Positions 60,544-64,000 of a stretch of DNA of 64,000 nucleotides are shown one piece after another (positions within the stretch are counted from its first letter, which is position 1; every line of letters begins with the position of its first letter). Location of the stretch: contig JBGAQA010000013.1 of assembly GCA_044220955.1 (NCBI GenBank), positions 36,674 to 100,673 of the forward strand, given 5' to 3'. A program made the translations under genes and the position numbers. Source of the stretch: Sandaracinaceae bacterium (lineage in GTDB: Bacteria; Myxococcota_A; Polyangia; Polyangiales; Sandaracinaceae). The notes beneath the pieces were generated by a model, which made no database searches, was not told the origin of the DNA, and saw only the letters and a program-made list of their open reading frames with translations.

Positions 60544-61874
60544 TTCGCGCATCCGTGGGCCTCGCCGCGGCGCTGCTTCTCGCTACGTGCAGTATCGGGC
60601 GGCCAGTTATCTGCCCTGACGGCTGCGCGCCCCCGTTCGACGCGGGCCCGGACGGCGGCCCTGCGGACACGCGCGGCCCTTCCGACGCGCCGATGGACTC
60701 CGGCCGCGACGGCTCCACGCGCGACTCGGCGCTCGATGGCGGGCCCACCGACCCGGGCTGGGCGCTGCTTCCGGGTCTGCCGACGGGCTGCGTCGTCGAG
60801 CGCGCGGAACACCCGGAGCGACTCCCGGTGCCGAGCTGGGAGAGCTGCGGCGAGGGCTGCCAGCGCGCGGCCCTCGATTTCGCGTTGGGGCCCGCCTCGC
60901 GCGACGGCTTCTATCGCGACGGACGCGGCTGGGTGTACCTCGGTGGGCCAGACGGGCCACCCGGGACCACGCGGGGTTGGACGGCGATCGCGCCGGTCGA
61001 CGGCGCCGGAATCGCGGGGTGGCGATACGATCTCGGGGCGCCGGTGCCCTATTGCAGCGTGCGTTTCCCGTCAATCGACGATGGCCGATGGGCCGTCGTG
61101 CTTCACTTCGTCGGCGATCGCGAACTGGACCTGGTTGAGGAGCGCATTTATTCGGGGTCGCTCGACGTCAGCGGGACGCCGGAGACGCCCGTGCTGCTCG
61201 TCGAAGCCCCGTTCGTCGGACGCTCGCGCACCGTGCAGCACCTTGCGCCGACCCCTGAGCTGCTCGCGGTGGAGATCATCGGCGGCGAGATTGCTGTGTC
61301 TCATGGCGGCACGTTCGCGGACGTGTTCACCGCCTCGCCGACGAGCGGCGCCTATGACGCGTCCGCCGAGGGTGACCACGTCGTCTTCGCCGACGTGATC
61401 AGCGACTGGCGCCTGATGCACTGGACGCCCGAGACCGGCACAGAACCGTACTACGATCCGGTCGATCTCGTGGCCAATCCGCTGCTCGACTCGGGTGTCC
61501 TCGTCTGGGCTCGCGGCGCGGACTTCGACCCGACGACCGGGCTCGCGACGCGCGCCGAACTGTGGAGTGCGCCGTTCGTTCGTGAAGCCACGGCGCTGTC
61601 TCCGACGTTCGTGGCTCCCAGCGTCGATCCAACCGACGCGCGTTTCTACGACGGCGTATACGGCTGGGTGACGGCGAACGGCCCGGGGTTCGAGGCGCGG
61701 CTCGTGGACGTGCCGAGCGGCCGGGTCCGCACACTGCGGCACCCGCGGGCGGACGTTGCATGCACCGCGGTGATCTACGTCTCGCGCACCGAGGTGCTGG
61801 TCGAGTGTGCAGACCCCGGCGTCCGAGGGACCGTCCTCTATCGCCTCGACCCCGACGTCCACGCGCGAGCGTAG
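60534..61874 (+). CDS. Hypothetical lipoprotein (DAG/DGG linker, beta-rich domain)
   Basis: MLLIRASVGLAAALLLATC lipobox; WESCGEGC; overlaps the protease stop. Confidence 0.75.
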   Translation: MLLIRASVGLAAALLLATCSIGRPVICPDGCAPPFDAGPDGGPADTRGPSDAPMDSGRDGSTRDSALDGGPTDPGWALLPGLPTGCVVERAEHPERLPVPSWESCGEGCQRAALDFALGPASRDGFYRDGRGWVYLGGPDGPPGTTRGWTAIAPVDGAGIAGWRYDLGAPVPYCSVRFPSIDDGRWAVVLHFVGDRELDLVEERIYSGSLDVSGTPETPVLLVEAPFVGRSRTVQHLAPTPELLAVEIIGGEIAVSHGGTFADVFTASPTSGAYDASAEGDHVVFADVISDWRLMHWTPETGTEPYYDPVDLVANPLLDSGVLVWARGADFDPTTGLATRAELWSAPFVREATALSPTFVAPSVDPTDARFYDGVYGWVTANGPGFEARLVDVPSGRVRTLRHPRADVACTAVIYVSRTEVLVECADPGVRGTVLYRLDPDVHARA

Positions 61875-62197
61875 CGCCGCATCGAGCAACCTCGGTGCGT
61901 TTCGCGACGGGTTATGGCCGCCCCGTGGAATCCGGGCCGTCCGGCGCCTTTTCGAGCGGCACGGGGCGTGTGAAGGCTGCGGGCGTACGCCGCTTGAGCG
62001 CCGGTTTCTCGCACCGGTCGGGGGCACGCGAGCGGGAACGTTGTGGTCTCGGTGCAGGGGGCACGACGTCCCGGCGCGGCCGGCGAGGCCCGCGGGCGGC
62101 GCGGCAGGGGTGATCGGCGGGAACTCGGTTCGCGTCTCCTGCGCGGGCGAGCGAGGGACGGATCCGTGCGTCCCCGCTCGCGCTCTCGCGCGGCCGG

Positions 62198-62386
62198 TCA
62201 GGGGGGAGTCGAAGGTCTGGTGCTGGTCGGGCGCCCCGCGGGCGGGGTGCAGCGGCCTCGCTCGCTCCAGAGGGAGAGGTGCTCGAGGCGGCGGCGTACC
62301 TCTTCTCTGTCGTGGAGCACCGCGACGAACCTCAGCCACCCGGTGCACCTCGGGCACTTCAGCACGTCCAGGCCGAAGCTGTGCTT
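62198..62386 (-). mobile_element. IS91-like transposase C-terminal fragment
   Basis: FGLDVLKCPRCTGWLRFVAVLHDREEVRRRLEHL resembles the Zn-knuckle C-terminus of IS91-family transposases. Confidence 0.65.
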
Positions 62387-62811
62387 CACGACCGCGGCGC
62401 AGCTCATCGACGAGCTCTCGGCCGCGAGCCGCGAGGGCAAGCTCACGAGCGCGCTCGCGACGTACATGAGACCGCATGTGCTCGTCGTCGACGAGGTCGG
62501 CCACCTCGCGTACGGCGACGAGCGGCGAACGTGTTCCTCCGCGTAGTCAACTAGCGCCACATCCGCAAGCGCTCGATGATCTTCACCACGAACAAGAAGC
62601 CCAAGAGCTGGGGCGACGTCCTGCACGACGACGATCTCGCCGAGGCCATCGTCGACCGCATCCTCGAGCGAGGTCGCCTCCTGCGCCTCGATGGCCCCTC
62701 GATTAGGACCAAGCATTTGGCCACGAGGAAGTCGTCGGCGATGATCCTCAGACCACGATTCCACCGGCCAAAGCTTCCGGAAAAACGCCGGCAGAATTTC
62801 CGGAACGCACA
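62382..62811 (+). mobile_element. istB: IS21-family remnant: disrupted istB 3' part and right terminal repeat
   Basis: FTTAAQLIDEL, VLVVDEVGHL, MIFTTNK...WG..L.D..LAEAIVDRILE; frameshift and TAG at 62552; repeated TTCCGGAA ending in ..GCACA at 62811. Confidence 0.85.
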
Positions 62812-63138
62812 GGGCGCAGAGCATGGGGCGCTCCGGTGCTCGGCTGCGCAGATCACGCGGGATCGCGACGGCGATCGGCGGGGGTGGCGGCGGCCGCCGC
62901 CGGTCGGCGCTGGTGATCGATCGGCTCTTCTCCGTCTCGGACGACGTAGACGTATGGAGCCGAATACCGGCTGTCCACTCAGCGCGATTTGGCCCAGTCA
63001 GGACTCGTTACGACCCGCCCCAGCGAGGGGAGCGGAGCAGGGGGTGGGGTCCGGAGCGACCGGAGTGTCGTGGACGTAGGGAGCGGAGCGGCCCCACCCC
63101 CGGCGGCAGCCACTGCCGAACCTCTCCTTCTCCTTCTC

Positions 63139-63292
63139 TCAGGCCCGCGAGATCCGTCCGCTCGCCACGCCCTCTCTCAGCCGCTTCATCTCGACCGTCT
63201 CGGCGAGCACGATCAGCGTCGAGCCGCTCACCAGCGTGAACTCCGGGTCCGGGTTGTACTCGTAGCGGCCGTCGGGCATGCGCACCGCGATC
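63139..63292 (-). repeat. Direct repeat copy 2 (3' end of the intact K+ channel gene)
   Basis: Matches 56795-56948 at 150/154 positions. Confidence 0.95.
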
Positions 63293-64000
63293 ACGAGGAC
63301 CTTCGTCTCCCTGCGGATGTTCGTGTCCTTCAGCTCGGCTCCCACGAGCGAGCTCGTCTCCGGGATCGCGACCTCCTCGATGCGGAGGTTCTTCTTCGGG
63401 TCGCGCAGCATCAGGTCGATGAACTCGACCACGGTCGGACGGATGGCCTCCGACGCGAGGCGCAGGCCGCCGATCTGCGTCGGCGAGACGACCGCCTTCG
63501 CGCCGGCGCGCATCATCTTGCCGCGCGAGGCGACCTCGCTCGCCTTGGCCACGATGCGCGCCTGCGGGTTCAGCGCAGAGGCGGTGATCGTGACGAAGAG
63601 GTTGTCCTTGTCCTCGGAGAGCGCCGCCACGACGCCCTGCGCGCGCTCGACCCCGGCTTCCTTCAGCGTCTCGTCGTCGGCGGCGTCGCCGACCACGTAG
63701 GGGAACTTGTCGGGACCGAATCGCTCGGCGAGCTCGAGCAGGCGCTGCTCGCTCGTGTCGATCGTGCAGAACGGGATGTGCGAGTGGATCAGCTCCTCGA
63801 TCACGTGGATGCCGGTCGTGCCGGCCCCGCAGACGATGATGTGGCTCGAGAGGCGAGAGAGGACCTGCTTCATGCGGTTTCTCCGGAGGGCGCCGCCGAG
63901 GTCGCCCTCGACGATGAACGCCGTGATCGTGGAGACGAAGTAGACGAGCGTGCCGGACCCGAGGACGATGAGGCCGATGGTCCAGACGCGCGCGTACGGG
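63139..64000 (-). CDS. Potassium channel protein with TrkA-N/TrkA-C (RCK) domains, 5' end beyond the window
   Basis: HIIVCGAGTTG, GDAADDETLKEAG, D..NL, VVSP..IGG.RLA, YNPDP; upstream TM helix in frame to the window end. Confidence 0.92.
   Translation of the reverse strand, partial: PYARVWTIGLIVLGSGTLVYFVSTITAFIVEGDLGGALRRNRMKQVLSRLSSHIIVCGAGTTGIHVIEELIHSHIPFCTIDTSEQRLLELAERFGPDKFPYVVGDAADDETLKEAGVERAQGVVAALSEDKDNLFVTITASALNPQARIVAKASEVASRGKMMRAGAKAVVSPTQIGGLRLASEAIRPTVVEFIDLMLRDPKKNLRIEEVAIPETSSLVGAELKDTNIRRETKVLVIAVRMPDGRYEYNPDPEFTLVSGSTLIVLAETVEMKRLREGVASGRISRA

Larger units (their letters stand above)
56949..63138. mobile_element. Degraded genomic island inserted in the 3' end of the K+ channel gene
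   Basis: Flanked by 154-bp direct repeats; contains gene fragments, IS remnants and more A/T-ending codons than the flanks. Confidence 0.8.

Noticed and set aside
62823..63239. ORFs at the right end of the island as a possible integrase remnant
   Set aside because: No tyrosine or serine recombinase motifs recognisable.

Overview
Very GC-rich, gene-dense window that looks like a myxobacterium (Polyangiales/Sandaracinaceae-like). The taxon is inferred from Cys-rich 'DAG' lipoproteins, MYXO-CTERM-like tails and large Ser/Thr kinases. The most notable locus is an RRE-dependent RiPP-like cassette at about 32.5-41.7 kb. It has a 54-aa lasso-type precursor (YEPPRV leader motif, short Ser/Thr-rich core), a transglutaminase-like B2 leader peptidase, two PqqD/RRE proteins, a radical SAM enzyme with a Cys-rich C-terminus, an HPrK-like kinase, a nucleotidyltransferase, an alkaline-phosphatase-superfamily protein and an ABC exporter, but no lasso cyclase in the window. 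A second notable locus is a ~6.2 kb island (56949-63138) flanked by a 154-bp direct repeat of the 3' end of a potassium-channel gene. It carries a frameshifted giant trypsin-like protease, a lipoprotein and IS21/IS91-like debris. Other oddities: an OPT transporter with an inserted OmpA-like domain, a degenerate glycogen synthase, a truncated RlmN-like enzyme, orphan FliI/YscN and GlpB-like genes, a kinase-cyclase-STAND-TPR gene coupled to a patatin, and an XRE regulator frame with no start codon. All family calls come from motif recognition by eye; no database searches were run. No rRNA, tRNA or CRISPR array was seen.
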